Positions 10,112-20,912 of a stretch of 64,000 bases of DNA are shown one piece after another. The notes under the pieces were generated by a model, which was given only the letters and a program-made list of their open reading frames with translations, had not been told where the DNA came from and did not search any database. The translations under genes were made by a program, and so were the position numbers. The stretch lies in NCBI GenBank assembly GCA_027065515.1, contig JAMOOM010000151.1:8038-72037 (forward strand), written 5' to 3'. Position 1 is the stretch's first letter, and every line of letters starts with the position of its first letter. This stretch comes from Campylobacterales bacterium (GTDB lineage: Bacteria; Campylobacterota; Campylobacteria; Campylobacterales; Hydrogenimonadaceae).

Positions 10112-11145
10112 TGACAAACTATATCCTCAGAGACGAAAATGCCATCTACTACGAGTGTGGCTACAGCAGCGACAATGCGATCTTTCTCTCTCTGGGGAGC
10201 GAAAAATGGTTTATCACCGACAGCCGTTACACCACAGAGGCCAAAGAAGCCGTGAAAAGCGGCATAGAGGTGGTGGAAGCTTCGGATCTTCTCAAGGCTG
10301 CCCGCACCCTGGTGCGCGGCCAGAGGAAGCGGCGCATGGTTGTGATTTTCGATCCGAAAGATTGGACGGTGGAAGGATTTAAAAAGCTTGGGCAAAAACT
10401 TCCTGAAGTGCATTTTAGGCCCGTTGCCGATTTTTCGCATCAAAAACGCATCGTCAAGAGTGAAGAGGAGATATCACTGCTGCAAAAGGCCGCCATCCTC
10501 GGAAGAGAAGGGTTTGAGATATTCGCCAGATATCTCGATATCGCAGGCTTGCAAAAGAGCGAGAAAAGACTCCATTTCGAAGCAAAGGCGGCGCTTGGAC
10601 GCCATGGAGAGTATCCTCTGAGTTTCGATCCGATCGTAGCTATCGGTGCGAATGCGGCCAAGCCGCACGCTCTGCCAACCGAACGCAGGCTGAAAGAGGG
10701 AGATCTTCTGCTGATGGACGCGGGGTTGAAGTACAAGCGATACTGCTCCGACAGAACCCGCACCGTCTGTATGAAAAAGGGTGTAGCTTTTACGGACGAT
10801 CAACGTTTTACCTCACCCAAAATACAAAAAGCGTACGATCTTGTCAAAAAAGCGCATGACACGGCGATCGAGAAAGCCCGAAGCGGAATGACCGGAGCGC
10901 AGATAGACCGCCTTGCCAGAGATGTGATAGAAAAAGGTGGGATGGGCGAGTATTTTATCCACTCCACCGGACACGGTGTGGGCCTGGATATACATGAAAT
11001 GCCATATATCTCGTCCAGAGGAAGCACCGTGATCGAAGATGGCATGGTCTTTACTATAGAGCCGGGTGTATATCTGCCCAAAGAGTTTGGCATCCGTATA
11101 GAAGATATGGTTGTCATGAAAGATGGAAAGGCGCAGCTGCTTTGA
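10111..11145 (+). CDS. Xaa-Pro aminopeptidase / M24 family peptidase
   Basis: ATG at 10111 overlaps the aroQ stop (TGATG). It has a creatinase-like N-domain and the M24 motifs HSTGHGVGLDIHE and EPG. The ORF-track start at 9982 was trimmed. Confidence 0.85.
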   Translation: MTNYILRDENAIYYECGYSSDNAIFLSLGSEKWFITDSRYTTEAKEAVKSGIEVVEASDLLKAARTLVRGQRKRRMVVIFDPKDWTVEGFKKLGQKLPEVHFRPVADFSHQKRIVKSEEEISLLQKAAILGREGFEIFARYLDIAGLQKSEKRLHFEAKAALGRHGEYPLSFDPIVAIGANAAKPHALPTERRLKEGDLLLMDAGLKYKRYCSDRTRTVCMKKGVAFTDDQRFTSPKIQKAYDLVKKAHDTAIEKARSGMTGAQIDRLARDVIEKGGMGEYFIHSTGHGVGLDIHEMPYISSRGSTVIEDGMVFTIEPGVYLPKEFGIRIEDMVVMKDGKAQLL

Positions 11146-11615
11146 GTGAGAGCGATATCTTTTCAACCCCACGTTTTCCGGCCCGTTTCACGTCACACGG
11201 AATGCGGCACAGGGCAATTGTGGGAATCGGAGGCAATATAGGAGACGTGGCGGACAGATTCGCACGTGTAGTCGACTACCTGAATCATGGCGGCGTTGCA
11301 AGGGTGCTGGCGACATCGCCTCTTTTGAAAAATCCGCCTTTTGGGTATTCGGATCAGCCAGATTTTCTAAATGGTGTAATGGTGGTGGAGACGGCTTTGT
11401 CGGCGCACTCGTTGATGCGTTATCTGTTGTGGGTAGAAAAGCGGTTCGGGCGCAAAAGAGTTTTCAGAAACGGACCCAGAACGGTCGATTTGGATATAAT
11501 ATTTTACGATCAATTACGCATAAGAACTCGGCGGCTGGTTTTGCCGCATCCGCACTTTCATGAGCGTGATTCGGTGATGATACCCTTGAGATTATTGAAG
11601 GATGGCAGCGTATGA
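11142..11615 (+). CDS. folK: 2-amino-4-hydroxy-6-hydroxymethyldihydropteridine pyrophosphokinase (HPPK)
   Basis: Motifs IGGNIGD, TVDLDIIFYD and LPHPHFHERDSV. The start is uncertain: TTG at 11142 overlaps the pepP stop, and ATG at 11202 (MRHRAIVGIGGN) is equally plausible. Confidence 0.85.
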   Translation: MSESDIFSTPRFPARFTSHGMRHRAIVGIGGNIGDVADRFARVVDYLNHGGVARVLATSPLLKNPPFGYSDQPDFLNGVMVVETALSAHSLMRYLLWVEKRFGRKRVFRNGPRTVDLDIIFYDQLRIRTRRLVLPHPHFHERDSVMIPLRLLKDGSV

Positions 11616-12985
11616 AATTGATGACATTTACCGCACCCACACCTGCACAGGCGCTTAAAGCGGCGCAGCAGCAGTGTGGCGAAGATGCGCTGGTCGTCAG
11701 CACGAAACAGATTCGCAAAAAGAGCCTCACTCAATCCTCGCTTTATGAAGTAGTCGTAGCTATCGAAGAGGCATCCAAGGCGAAACGAAACCGACCCAAA
11801 AGTGGCACCGGCAGAGCCGACGGTTTTTCGGATGCAAAAGAAGAGGCTCCTCGGCAGGCAAAAAGAGCGGAAACGAAACGCCGTAAAAGAGCTATCGATG
11901 ATTCTGAAGAGATACTCGTAAACATATCCGAAGCGGCGCGTCAGATATCGAAGATCGCCCAGGTCGAAAAAAGTACGCCGCCAGAAGAGACAAAACGCAC
12001 CAGGGTCCATACACGAGAGCAGGGGAGAGATGTCGCTTTGTCCGTATCACCACAGGAGGTCGAAGAACTCAAGGCGATCAGAAGCGAACTGAGCAAGCTC
12101 ACCGACAAGGTGAAGCTGATACAGAATATGGTATGGGAGGAGAAGAAGCCTGTCGCTTCCGGTGCGATACCGCCGGAGTTTGCCGAGATATATCGTATAG
12201 CGAAAAAGAGCGGTATGGATCCGCAGCATCTGGACGAGATTATGCGGCTGACCCTTCAGCATATGCCTATGCAGATGCGCACTTCGAGCGAAACTGTCCG
12301 TCGCTATTTCCAGACTCTGTTGCGAAAAATGGTGCCGGTTCGCATGGAGGCGAAACTGGTGCCTCCGCAGAAAAAGATCATGATGCTCGTAGGCCCCACG
12401 GGTGTGGGAAAAACTACGACACTGGCAAAACTGGCGGCAAGATATGCATATATGGTGGAAAAGAAATACAAAGTCGGCATAATTACTCTCGATACCTATC
12501 GAATAGGCGCGGTGGAGCAGCTGATGCAGTATGCGAAGATGATGCGCATCGGTATCGAAGCGGTCGTCGATCCACCCGAGTTCATTACCGCACTTCAGGC
12601 GCTTCAGCATATGGATATAATCCTGATCGACACGGTTGGAAGCAGCCAGTACGACAAAGAGAAAATCGACAAGCTTCAGCAGTTTCTTTCAAGCCATACC
12701 GATATCGGAATCGATGTGAACCTCGTGCTCGGAGCGCCTACCAAGCTCGAAGATCTGAGGATCATCTATCAAAACTTTTCAACTCTGGGTATCGATACGC
12801 TGATTTTTACCAAGCTCGACGAGACGGATGGTTTTGGCAACCTCTTCTCTCTCGTTTACGAAACGGAAAAACCGGTCAGTTATCTATCTACCGGTCAGGA
12901 GGTGCCCGATGACCTTCTTCGCGCAGACAGCGACTACCTCGTGCGCTCTTTGATGATGGGGCGTGCCAGAAAGGGCAGCGCATGA
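11612..12985 (+). CDS. flhF: flagellar biosynthesis SRP-type GTPase FlhF
   Basis: 457 aa with a charged N-region and a G-domain carrying LVGPTGVGKTTTLAKLA, DTYR and FTKLDET. It overlaps folK by 4 nt. Confidence 0.9.
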   Translation: MKLMTFTAPTPAQALKAAQQQCGEDALVVSTKQIRKKSLTQSSLYEVVVAIEEASKAKRNRPKSGTGRADGFSDAKEEAPRQAKRAETKRRKRAIDDSEEILVNISEAARQISKIAQVEKSTPPEETKRTRVHTREQGRDVALSVSPQEVEELKAIRSELSKLTDKVKLIQNMVWEEKKPVASGAIPPEFAEIYRIAKKSGMDPQHLDEIMRLTLQHMPMQMRTSSETVRRYFQTLLRKMVPVRMEAKLVPPQKKIMMLVGPTGVGKTTTLAKLAARYAYMVEKKYKVGIITLDTYRIGAVEQLMQYAKMMRIGIEAVVDPPEFITALQALQHMDIILIDTVGSSQYDKEKIDKLQQFLSSHTDIGIDVNLVLGAPTKLEDLRIIYQNFSTLGIDTLIFTKLDETDGFGNLFSLVYETEKPVSYLSTGQEVPDDLLRADSDYLVRSLMMGRARKGSA

Positions 12986-13851
12986 GCACACAGGCAAGCG
13001 GACTCGAAGCGTTGATGAGTTCTCACGGGAGGTCAAGGGGTGTAACCCGCGTGGTGGCGATCACCAGCGGCAAAGGGGGAGTGGGGAAAAGTACGCTCAG
13101 CGCCAACATCTCCTATGTGCTAGCCAAAAAAGGCTTCAAAGTAGGGATTATGGATGCCGATATCGGACTGGCCAATCTGGATGTCATGTTCAATGTGCGA
13201 GCGGATAAAAATATTCTACATGTACTCAAGGGTGAAGCCGATTTCAGCGAGATTGTCGTGCCGATCGAACCCAATCTCTGGCTGATTCCCGGGGAGAGCG
13301 GAGACGAAATCTTGAAATTTTCCGATGCGACGATCGTCAGCCGCTTTGTCGATGAGGCACAAACACTTGATAGTCTCGATTTTCTCATCATCGATACTGG
13401 TGCTGGCATCGGCGATACGATTCAGATGTTCTTGCGGGCCGCAGACGATGTGGTGGTGGTGACGGTGCCAGATCCTGCCGCCATTACGGATGCTTATGCG
13501 ATGGTCAAAGTGGTTGGTCGTGTACGTAAGGATATCAAGATGATCGTCAATCAGGTAAAAAGCCCCAAAGAGGGGCAGAAAATTTTCGATACGATCAATA
13601 AGGTGGCGATGGGAAATATAGCTGAAGGTTTGAGTCTGGAATTGCTTGGTACGGTACGGACCGATTCCCATGTTTCACGCAGTGTGAAACAGCGAGTTCT
13701 GGTATGCAAAGAGCTTTCGAATATCGCACCGGCAGGCGATATCGAGGAGATTGCCAAGATTATCGGCAATAAAAAGGAACACAAAATGCTTGAAGCTCGC
13801 AAAGAGAGCGGTATCGGCACCTTTTTCAAAAAGCTGCTGGGACAGTTCTGA
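12982..13851 (+). CDS. flhG: MinD/ParA-type flagellar number regulator FlhG
   Basis: 289 aa with the deviant Walker A SGKGGVGKST. It overlaps flhF by 4 nt, in the conserved position. Confidence 0.9.
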   Translation: MSTQASGLEALMSSHGRSRGVTRVVAITSGKGGVGKSTLSANISYVLAKKGFKVGIMDADIGLANLDVMFNVRADKNILHVLKGEADFSEIVVPIEPNLWLIPGESGDEILKFSDATIVSRFVDEAQTLDSLDFLIIDTGAGIGDTIQMFLRAADDVVVVTVPDPAAITDAYAMVKVVGRVRKDIKMIVNQVKSPKEGQKIFDTINKVAMGNIAEGLSLELLGTVRTDSHVSRSVKQRVLVCKELSNIAPAGDIEEIAKIIGNKKEHKMLEARKESGIGTFFKKLLGQF

Positions 13852-13874
13852 GAGCTCGGGATGGAGGGGAATGG

Positions 13875-14201
13875 ATGCGGGAAAATAATTTCATCGCTTT
13901 TTGGCTGGTTTTTGGTTTTTTTACGGGCCTTTCGATCGGCTTTCTGACACAAACTGATCCATTCGATATTCTGACGGTTGTAGCCTTTTCGACACTCTAT
14001 TTCTATTTGATGGCTCATGTCAGCGTAGCTTTTTTTGTGCGTTTTATGAAATTTGGCAAAGTCCATTTTGAAAAAGAGGCGTTTGAGAGAAAGCTTGACT
14101 GGTTTTTCAACCAACTCCTGCAACGTGAAGTGCATATCGATGTTGCACATGGGGATGCGGAAAATATCAATACGGCAAAATCTGCTGGCTCGAAAGGCTG
14201 A
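13875..14201 (+). CDS. small two-TM membrane protein conserved between flhG and fliA in Campylobacterota
   Basis: 108 aa with two hydrophobic helices and then a charged tail. Its position matches the small unnamed gene in the Campylobacter/Helicobacter flhG-fliA interval. Confidence 0.6.
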   Translation: MRENNFIAFWLVFGFFTGLSIGFLTQTDPFDILTVVAFSTLYFYLMAHVSVAFFVRFMKFGKVHFEKEAFERKLDWFFNQLLQREVHIDVAHGDAENINTAKSAGSKG

Positions 14202-14206
14202 AAAAG

Positions 14207-14884
14207 ATGGCACAGGGCTACGACGACACCATTCGCCACTACCAAGATGAGCTTGCAGTTCAGTATCTTCCTGCGGTAAAGGCGATGGCTTACCGTCTCA
14301 CGGAACGACTGCCGCGTTCGGTGGAGTTCGACGATCTTGTGGGTATTGGCGCCGAAGAGTTGGTAAAGCTGGCCCGGCGGTACGACAAGAAGAGGAACGA
14401 TTCTTTCTGGGGTTATGCCAAGACGCGGATATACGGTGCGATGCTCGATTATCTCAGATCACTCGATATCGTAAGCCGCACCAACAGGAAACTGATCAAA
14501 ATGATAGACGAGATTATTTCGCAATATATGGATGAACACGGCATAGAGCCTGAAAACAGCTATATTGCCGAAATTTTGAATGAAGACGAGATTAAAATCA
14601 AAGAGGCTCGCCGCGTTGCCGCAATCTACAATGTATTACCTCTCGATGACCAGCTGGAGAGTGAGCAAAAGGACACTTTTAAACAAATAGAGCAGGAAGA
14701 TCTGGTAGAAAGGATCGAGAAGATCCTAGAAACGGTACCAAAAAGGGATCAGATGATTATGCAGATGTACTATTTCGAAGAGCTCACATACAAGGAGATC
14801 TCCGAAGTGCTGGACATTACACCATCGAGAATATCGCAGGTGCACAAGCGGATCATTACAAAAATCAGAAAAAGCATAGGGTAG
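14207..14884 (+). CDS. fliA: flagellar RNA polymerase sigma-28 factor FliA
   Basis: 225 aa with sigma-70 regions 2 and 4 (LTYKEISEVLDITPSRISQVHKR). Confidence 0.9.
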   Translation: MAQGYDDTIRHYQDELAVQYLPAVKAMAYRLTERLPRSVEFDDLVGIGAEELVKLARRYDKKRNDSFWGYAKTRIYGAMLDYLRSLDIVSRTNRKLIKMIDEIISQYMDEHGIEPENSYIAEILNEDEIKIKEARRVAAIYNVLPLDDQLESEQKDTFKQIEQEDLVERIEKILETVPKRDQMIMQMYYFEELTYKEISEVLDITPSRISQVHKRIITKIRKSIG

Positions 14885-14888
14885 GGCG

Positions 14889-15968
14889 ATGGCAGATATT
14901 CTAAGTCAGGAAGAGATCGATGCGCTGCTCGAAGCAGTGGAGGACGAAGGCACGCCAGAGTCGCTAGAGAGCGAAGAGGAGGTATTCGACCAGCGCCAGA
15001 TCACTCTTTACGACTTCAAGCGGCCCAATAGAGTCAGCAAAGAGCAGCTGAGAGCGTTTAGGGGTATTCACGATAAAATGGCGCGTTCACTGGCTTCGCA
15101 AATCTCTTCGGTGATGCGTTCCATCGTTGAAATACAGCTCCATTCGGTCGATCAGATGACATATGGGGAATTTTTGATGAGCCTTCCCAGCCCCACCAGC
15201 TTCAATGTTTTTTCGATGAAGCCGCTCGATGGAAACGGAATTTTGGAGATCAATCCTTCCATCGCCTTTCCGATGGTGGACAGGTTGCTCGGCGGACCCG
15301 GAGAGCCTTATGAGACTACGCGTGAATTCACCGATATCGAACTCAACCTGATGGACACGATACTGCGCATCATCATGGGGACACTCAAGGAGGCATGGGG
15401 TCCAGTAATCGAGATATATCCAAATATCGAATCCAAGGAGTCCAGCCCCAATGTAATACAGATCGTTGCGCAAAACGAGATTGTCGTGATGGTGGTGATG
15501 GAGATCGTCATAGGACACAGCAGCGGGATGATGAATATCTGTTATCCGGTTATCACATTGGAATCCATACTCAACAAGCTTGGAAGCCGCGACTTCATGC
15601 TGACCGAAAAAAGTGCAAAAAAGAGCCGCAACAAAGAGCTCAAGGCACTGGTGGGGGGCGCGAAGGTCAATATAAATGCCTTTTTGGGAGATGCGGAGCT
15701 GACATTGAGTGAATTGTTGAGCCTTAAAAAAGGCGATATCATACGTCTCGATCGTCCCGCCAACGATACCGCCGTAATCAACGCGGATGGCAAAGATCGT
15801 TTTGTAGGCAAGATTGGCCTTAGGCGCTTCAGAAAAAGCGTAGAGGTAATCGAACTCATCGTCGATGAAAAAGATGAAGTCAAAGAGATTCTCGAAGAGA
15901 TAGAACAGGAGCGTCGTTCCAGATTGGCCACTACGCTCAAAGAGGAGAAGGAGGTCGTCAATGGCTGA
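14889..15968 (+). CDS. fliM: flagellar motor switch protein FliM
   Basis: 359 aa with the N-terminal CheY-binding motif ILSQEEIDALLE and a C-terminal SpoA-like domain. Confidence 0.95.
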   Translation: MADILSQEEIDALLEAVEDEGTPESLESEEEVFDQRQITLYDFKRPNRVSKEQLRAFRGIHDKMARSLASQISSVMRSIVEIQLHSVDQMTYGEFLMSLPSPTSFNVFSMKPLDGNGILEINPSIAFPMVDRLLGGPGEPYETTREFTDIELNLMDTILRIIMGTLKEAWGPVIEIYPNIESKESSPNVIQIVAQNEIVVMVVMEIVIGHSSGMMNICYPVITLESILNKLGSRDFMLTEKSAKKSRNKELKALVGGAKVNINAFLGDAELTLSELLSLKKGDIIRLDRPANDTAVINADGKDRFVGKIGLRRFRKSVEVIELIVDEKDEVKEILEEIEQERRSRLATTLKEEKEVVNG

Positions 15969-16830
15969 TTGGGTAGATCTACTGGCGCAGGAGACGGCTG
16001 CCACGATCGAGGGCTTGACAGGTCAGCGTCCGGAGGTGGTGTTTAAAGACAAGGAGGAGATCAGTGGAATTTCGAACATTATCCCTCCCATATCCATCGT
16101 TACGATCGATGTATCAGGAGACCTCAATGGCAAGATGGCGGTTGCCATAGCACCACATCTTGGAACAGCGCTTTCTGATTTGATGCTTGGCGGAGAGGGT
16201 GAGAGCAAAGATACGATGGACGATGACGATCTTGATGCGATCAAAGAGATAGTCTCCAATATCTTCGGTGCTCTTGCTACGGCAATGAAAGCACAGAAAG
16301 AGTTTCCGACTTTGACGTTCGACATCGGTGATATCAGGCTATACAAAGAGGGTGAAGAGGTCGATATGGATGGCTTCTCCAGACTTTTGGCCTACAACTT
16401 CTCTTTGGGTATCATAAACGGGGTTATTCTTGTTTTGCTCGACAATGCCCTTCTTCCCCTTCTGGAAGGATCTTCCTCTCAAACCACCGAAAAAGAGATC
16501 GAGTCCGCACCTGCAAGCCGTCAGCGGCAAGCGGAAAACGAGACGGTCGAAATGGACGAGGCGGAGATGAAAAATATAGGTCTCATTCTCGATGTGAAGC
16601 TTCCTCTTCGTGTTAGAATAGGCAGCAAGCGAATGCTTCTTAAAGACGTACTCTCGATGGATATAGGCTCGGTGGTGGAGCTCGATCAGCTGGCAAGCGA
16701 TCCGCTTGAGATATTGGTGGACGACAAGGTTGTAGCGTATGGCGAAGTGGTCATCGTGGATGGAAACTTCGGCGTGCAGATTACCCATATCGGATCGAAG
16801 CGCGATCGCCTGGAGACGCTGAAGTCCTGA
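15961..16830 (+). CDS. fliY: flagellar motor switch protein FliY (CheC-like N-domain plus FliN domain)
   Basis: 289 aa. The C-terminal FliN/SpoA domain reads LPLRVRIGSKRMLLKDVLSMDIGSVVELD...VDDKVVAYGEVVIVDGNFGVQI. It overlaps fliM by 8 nt. Confidence 0.9.
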   Translation: MADWVDLLAQETAATIEGLTGQRPEVVFKDKEEISGISNIIPPISIVTIDVSGDLNGKMAVAIAPHLGTALSDLMLGGEGESKDTMDDDDLDAIKEIVSNIFGALATAMKAQKEFPTLTFDIGDIRLYKEGEEVDMDGFSRLLAYNFSLGIINGVILVLLDNALLPLLEGSSSQTTEKEIESAPASRQRQAENETVEMDEAEMKNIGLILDVKLPLRVRIGSKRMLLKDVLSMDIGSVVELDQLASDPLEILVDDKVVAYGEVVIVDGNFGVQITHIGSKRDRLETLKS

Positions 16831-16837
16831 TCCTGGC

Positions 16838-16866
16838 TTGACATTTTTCATAACCGATAGTATATT
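16838..16866 (+). promoter_or_regulatory. sigma-70-type promoter candidate for mnmA
   Basis: TTGACA (16838-16843), a 17-nt spacer, then TATATT (16861-16866), located 52 nt upstream of the mnmA ATG. Confidence 0.5.
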
Positions 16867-16917
16867 CGGCACAAGACACCTCCAAAGGGTGCCCTAAAAC
16901 TATTCGGGACTGCTTTG

Positions 16918-17955
16918 ATGAAATATACAGAAAAGAAAAAAGTGCTTGTAGGCATGAGCGGCGGTATAGACTCCACAGTGACTGCCAAGTTGCTTCTCGA
17001 TGCCGGATACGAGGTCGAAGGAGTCTATATGAAGCTTCACGACAAGCCGGGCTACCATGAGAAAAATTTTGAACGGGTGCTTCATGTCGCTGATTATCTT
17101 GGAATCGAAGCCAGGATGATCGATCTATCCATGGATTTCAAGGATGCAGTGTATAACCCGTTCGTGGAGGATTATCGCAAAGGGCTCACTCCAAATCCAT
17201 GCGCCAACTGCAATCGCCAGATAAAGTTCGGAAAGATGATCGAATATGCCGACAGCATCGGCGCGGAGTATCTGGCTACGGGGCATTATGTACGCCACGA
17301 TGGACAAAACATTATCGAAGCGATAGACGAGACGAAAGATCAGAGCTATTTTCTCTTCGATATCGACAAATCGATTCTGCCTCGTCTTGTTTTTCCGCTT
17401 GGTGAATGGCGCAAAGAGGATGTCAAAGCGTATGCCGCCGATATCGAAGCGCTCAAAGATTTCGCCGCACAGAAAGAGTCGAGCGAAATATGTTTCGTGG
17501 AGACTACATACGTAGATGTGCTCAAAAAGCATATGGAGATAGATATGCCGGGCAATGTGCTCGATATCGAGGGCAATGTTATCGGCCACCATAAAGGGTA
17601 TATGCACTACACGATAGGAAAGAGGCGAGGTTTTTTCGTCAAAGGAGCACACGAGCCCCACTACGTTAAAGAGATCCGTCCGCAAACCAATGAAATCGTG
17701 GTTACCACACAAGACACTTTGCTGGCCGATAGGATCAGGATCGAAAGAGTCAATCTTCCCGGGGATTTAAGACATTTCAGGTGTGAAGTGAAGATCCGCT
17801 ACAGGACCAAAAAGATTCCATGTGAAGTGGTCGTTGACAGGAGTGGAAAAGGGGAAATATTTCTCGAAGAGCCGGTTTACGGGGTGGCTGCGGGTCAGGC
17901 GGCCGTGTTTTACGAAGGAGAAAGGCTCATAGGCGGAGGATGGATAGTCGCATAA
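16918..17955 (+). CDS. mnmA: tRNA-specific 2-thiouridylase MnmA
   Basis: ATG at 16918 ([23 protein letters not shown]-loop), with [11 protein letters not shown] and ATGHY motifs. Confidence 0.95.
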   Translation: MKYTEKKKVLVGMSGGIDSTVTAKLLLDAGYEVEGVYMKLHDKPGYHEKNFERVLHVADYLGIEARMIDLSMDFKDAVYNPFVEDYRKGLTPNPCANCNRQIKFGKMIEYADSIGAEYLATGHYVRHDGQNIIEAIDETKDQSYFLFDIDKSILPRLVFPLGEWRKEDVKAYAADIEALKDFAAQKESSEICFVETTYVDVLKKHMEIDMPGNVLDIEGNVIGHHKGYMHYTIGKRRGFFVKGAHEPHYVKEIRPQTNEIVVTTQDTLLADRIRIERVNLPGDLRHFRCEVKIRYRTKKIPCEVVVDRSGKGEIFLEEPVYGVAAGQAAVFYEGERLIGGGWIVA

Positions 17956-17980
17956 ACGTATAGAATCTATCTCGAAAATC

Positions 17981-17989
17981 TGCTATAAT
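17981..17989 (+). promoter_or_regulatory. extended -10 promoter candidate for tRNA-Pro
   Basis: TGcTATAAT at 17981-17989, 18 nt upstream of the mature tRNA 5' end. Confidence 0.45.
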
Positions 17990-18006
17990 TTCATCCTGTA
18001 GTTGCG

Positions 18007-18083
18007 CGGGGTGTAGCGCAGCCTGGTAGCGCGCCTCGTTCGGGACGAGGAGGTCGAAGGTTCGAATCCTTTCACCCCGACCA
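18007..18083 (+). tRNA. tRNA-Pro (anticodon CGG)
   Basis: Hand-folded 77-nt cloverleaf. The acceptor stem is CGGGGTG/CACCCCG, the D-arm GCGC...GCGC, and the anticodon stem CCTCG/CGAGG with loop TTCGGGA. The T-arm is GAAGG-TTCGAAT-CCTTT, and the 3' CCA is encoded. Confidence 0.9.
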
Positions 18084-18180
18084 TTCATACATCTTCCATA
18101 GCTTTCAAAAATCAAAATTTCAACTTGAATAGATGCGATTTGAGATATAATTGCGCCAATATTATTACGAAGGTAAATCT

Positions 18181-19110
18181 ATGCGTGGGTACAAAATATT
18201 TGCAGGAACAGCCTCGGAACCCTTTGCTGCGGAGATCAGCAAATATCTCGACGCTCCTTTGAGCGGTGCGAACATTCGCCGTTTCAGCGATGGAGAGATA
18301 GGGTGTCAGATTAGTGAGAGCGTTCGCGGGCGTGATGTTTTCATCGTGCAGTCCACTGGAGCGCCGGCCAATGACAACCTGATGGAGCTTCTGATCATGA
18401 CCGATGCGCTGAGACGCTCGTCGGCCAAGTCCATCAATGCGGTCATTCCATATTTCGGCTACGCCAGGCAAGATAGAAAGGCCGCTCCTCGCGTACCTAT
18501 CACAGCCAAGCTCGTAGCCAATCTCATCGAGACCGCAGGCATCGACCGTGTGATCACGATGGATCTGCATGCCGGACAGATTCAGGGGTTTTTCGATATT
18601 CCTGTCGATAACCTCTATGGCGCAATCCTTTTCATCAACCATATCAAGAGCAAAAACCTCGAAGATCTTATCGTGGCCAGCCCAGATATTGGGGGAGTTG
18701 CCCGTGCCCGTTACTTCGCGAGTCGTCTTGGCGTGGATATGGCGATCGTCGACAAGCGGCGCGAACAGGCGAACGTTTCGGAAGTCATGAATATCATCGG
18801 TGACGTCGAAGGAAAGAATGTCGTTCTCGTTGACGATATGATCGATACCGCCGGCACTATCGTCAAGGGGGCCGCCGCTCTCAAAGAGCGGGGCGCCAAA
18901 AGTGTCATCGCGTGCTGCACCCATCCTGTGCTCAGCGGGCCAGCCTACGATCGTATCCGCGAAGGGGAGTTGGACGAGCTGATAGTCTCGGATACCCTTC
19001 CTTTGAAGGAAGCGTGCAACAAGATCACGGTACTTCCGGCTGCGCCAATTTTTTCAGAGGTAATTCGCCGCGTCTATCACAACGAGAGCGTTAACTCGCT
19101 CTTTTCATAA
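18181..19110 (+). CDS. prs: ribose-phosphate pyrophosphokinase
   Basis: ATG at 18181 ([12 protein letters not shown]), with [11 protein letters not shown] and [10 protein letters not shown] motifs. Confidence 0.95.
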   Translation: MRGYKIFAGTASEPFAAEISKYLDAPLSGANIRRFSDGEIGCQISESVRGRDVFIVQSTGAPANDNLMELLIMTDALRRSSAKSINAVIPYFGYARQDRKAAPRVPITAKLVANLIETAGIDRVITMDLHAGQIQGFFDIPVDNLYGAILFINHIKSKNLEDLIVASPDIGGVARARYFASRLGVDMAIVDKRREQANVSEVMNIIGDVEGKNVVLVDDMIDTAGTIVKGAAALKERGAKSVIACCTHPVLSGPAYDRIREGELDELIVSDTLPLKEACNKITVLPAAPIFSEVIRRVYHNESVNSLFS

Positions 19111-19118
19111 GGCATTTT

Positions 19119-20912
19119 GTGCAAAAAAATATCCGCAACTTCTCGATTATCGCTCATATCGATCACGGCAAGAGCACTCTTGCCGACCGTATTATCCAAG
19201 AGTGCGGCGCCGTAACCGAGCGCGAACTAGGTACCCAGATGATGGATACGATGGATATCGAGCAAGAGCGTGGTATCACGATCAAGGCTCAGAGCGTACG
19301 GCTGACATATGTCAAAGATGGCCAGCCATATATTCTGAATCTGATAGACACCCCCGGACACGTCGATTTCAGCTACGAAGTAAGCAAATCGTTAGCCTCC
19401 TGTGAAGGTGCGCTTCTGGTCGTCGATGCCAGCCAGGGCGTCGAAGCTCAAACCATAGCCAATGTCTATATCGCGCTCGAAAACGACCTCGAGATCATCC
19501 CCGTCATAAACAAGATCGACCTCCCGGCCGCGGATCCGGACAGGGTTGTGGAAGAGATAGAACAGACGATAGGCCTAGATTGCAGCGGCGCCATCTACGC
19601 CAGCGCCAAAACAGGGCAGGGGATTCGTGAGCTGCTCGATGCCATCGTCGATCGTGTTCCGGCTCCCTCTGGCGATGAAAACGCGCCAACCAAAGCGATT
19701 ATCTACGATAGCTGGTTCGACAACTATCTGGGGGCGTTGGCCCTGGTAAGGGTTTTTGACGGTTCGATCAAAAAAGGGCAGGAGGTGCTCATTATGGGTA
19801 CGGGTAAAAAGCACCAGGTATTGGAGCTCACCTATCCGCACCCACTAAAACCCGTCAAGACCGATGAGATAAAAGCGGGTGAAGTCGGCATCGTGGTGCT
19901 TGGCCTTAAGAATGTAAGCGATGTCGCGGTGGGAGATACGATCACCGATGGCAAAAATCCGACGAAAGAGCCGGTAGGAGGCTTCAAGGAGGTGCGACCT
20001 TTCGTATTCGCGGGGCTATATCCGATCGATACCGACAAATTCGAAGAGTTGCGTGACGCTTTGGATAAGCTTAGGCTCAATGACGCTTCTATCAGCTACG
20101 AGCCCGAAAGTTCCGTCGCACTGGGATTTGGCTTCAGGGTGGGATTTTTGGGTATGTTGCATATGGAGGTGGTAAAGGAGCGGCTTGAACGTGAGTTTGG
20201 CTTGGATCTTATCGCTACCGCACCTACCGTAATATACAAAGTCAAGCTATCCGATGGCAGTGAGGTGGAGGTACAAAACCCCAGCGAGATGCCAGACCCG
20301 GCCAAAATCGAAAAAATTTACGAACCATATGTGCAGGCTACCGTCATAACACCTGTGGAGTTTCTGGGCAATATCATCACGATGATGGCCGACAGGCGGG
20401 GCGTGCAGGAGAAGATGGAGTATCTTAACGAAGAGAGAGTGATGCTGGTGTATGCGGTTCCGATGAATGAGATCGTAGTCGATTTCTACGACAAACTCAA
20501 AAGCGCTACCAAAGGATATGCCAGCTTCGATTACGAGCCTATCGACTACAGGGAAGGGGACTTGGTGAAGCTCGATGTTCGCGTCGCCGGAGAGGTCGTG
20601 GATGCGCTCAGCATCATCGTGCCGCGCGACAAGGCGCAAAGCAGGGGAAGAGAGCTTGTAAAGACGATGAAGGAGCTGATTCCCCGCCAGCTTTTCGAAG
20701 TCGCCGTGCAAGCTAGCGTAGGCAACAAGGTCATAGCCAGAGAGACGGTCAAGTCGATGGGCAAGAATGTCACGGCCAAATGTTATGGCGGCGATATCAC
20801 CAGAAAGAGAAAGCTTCTGGAAAAACAGAAACAGGGAAAGAAGCGGATGAAATCGATAGGAAAAGTCCAGTTGCCGCAGGACGCTTTTTTGGCGGTGCTC
20901 AAGATCGACTGA
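19119..20912 (+). CDS. lepA: elongation factor 4 (LepA)
   Basis: 597 aa with a GTG start. It has the G-domain motifs [10 protein letters not shown] and DTPGHVDF, and the LepA C-terminal domain ([23 protein letters not shown]). Confidence 0.95.
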   Translation: MQKNIRNFSIIAHIDHGKSTLADRIIQECGAVTERELGTQMMDTMDIEQERGITIKAQSVRLTYVKDGQPYILNLIDTPGHVDFSYEVSKSLASCEGALLVVDASQGVEAQTIANVYIALENDLEIIPVINKIDLPAADPDRVVEEIEQTIGLDCSGAIYASAKTGQGIRELLDAIVDRVPAPSGDENAPTKAIIYDSWFDNYLGALALVRVFDGSIKKGQEVLIMGTGKKHQVLELTYPHPLKPVKTDEIKAGEVGIVVLGLKNVSDVAVGDTITDGKNPTKEPVGGFKEVRPFVFAGLYPIDTDKFEELRDALDKLRLNDASISYEPESSVALGFGFRVGFLGMLHMEVVKERLEREFGLDLIATAPTVIYKVKLSDGSEVEVQNPSEMPDPAKIEKIYEPYVQATVITPVEFLGNIITMMADRRGVQEKMEYLNEERVMLVYAVPMNEIVVDFYDKLKSATKGYASFDYEPIDYREGDLVKLDVRVAGEVVDALSIIVPRDKAQSRGRELVKTMKELIPRQLFEVAVQASVGNKVIARETVKSMGKNVTAKCYGGDITRKRKLLEKQKQGKKRMKSIGKVQLPQDAFLAVLKID

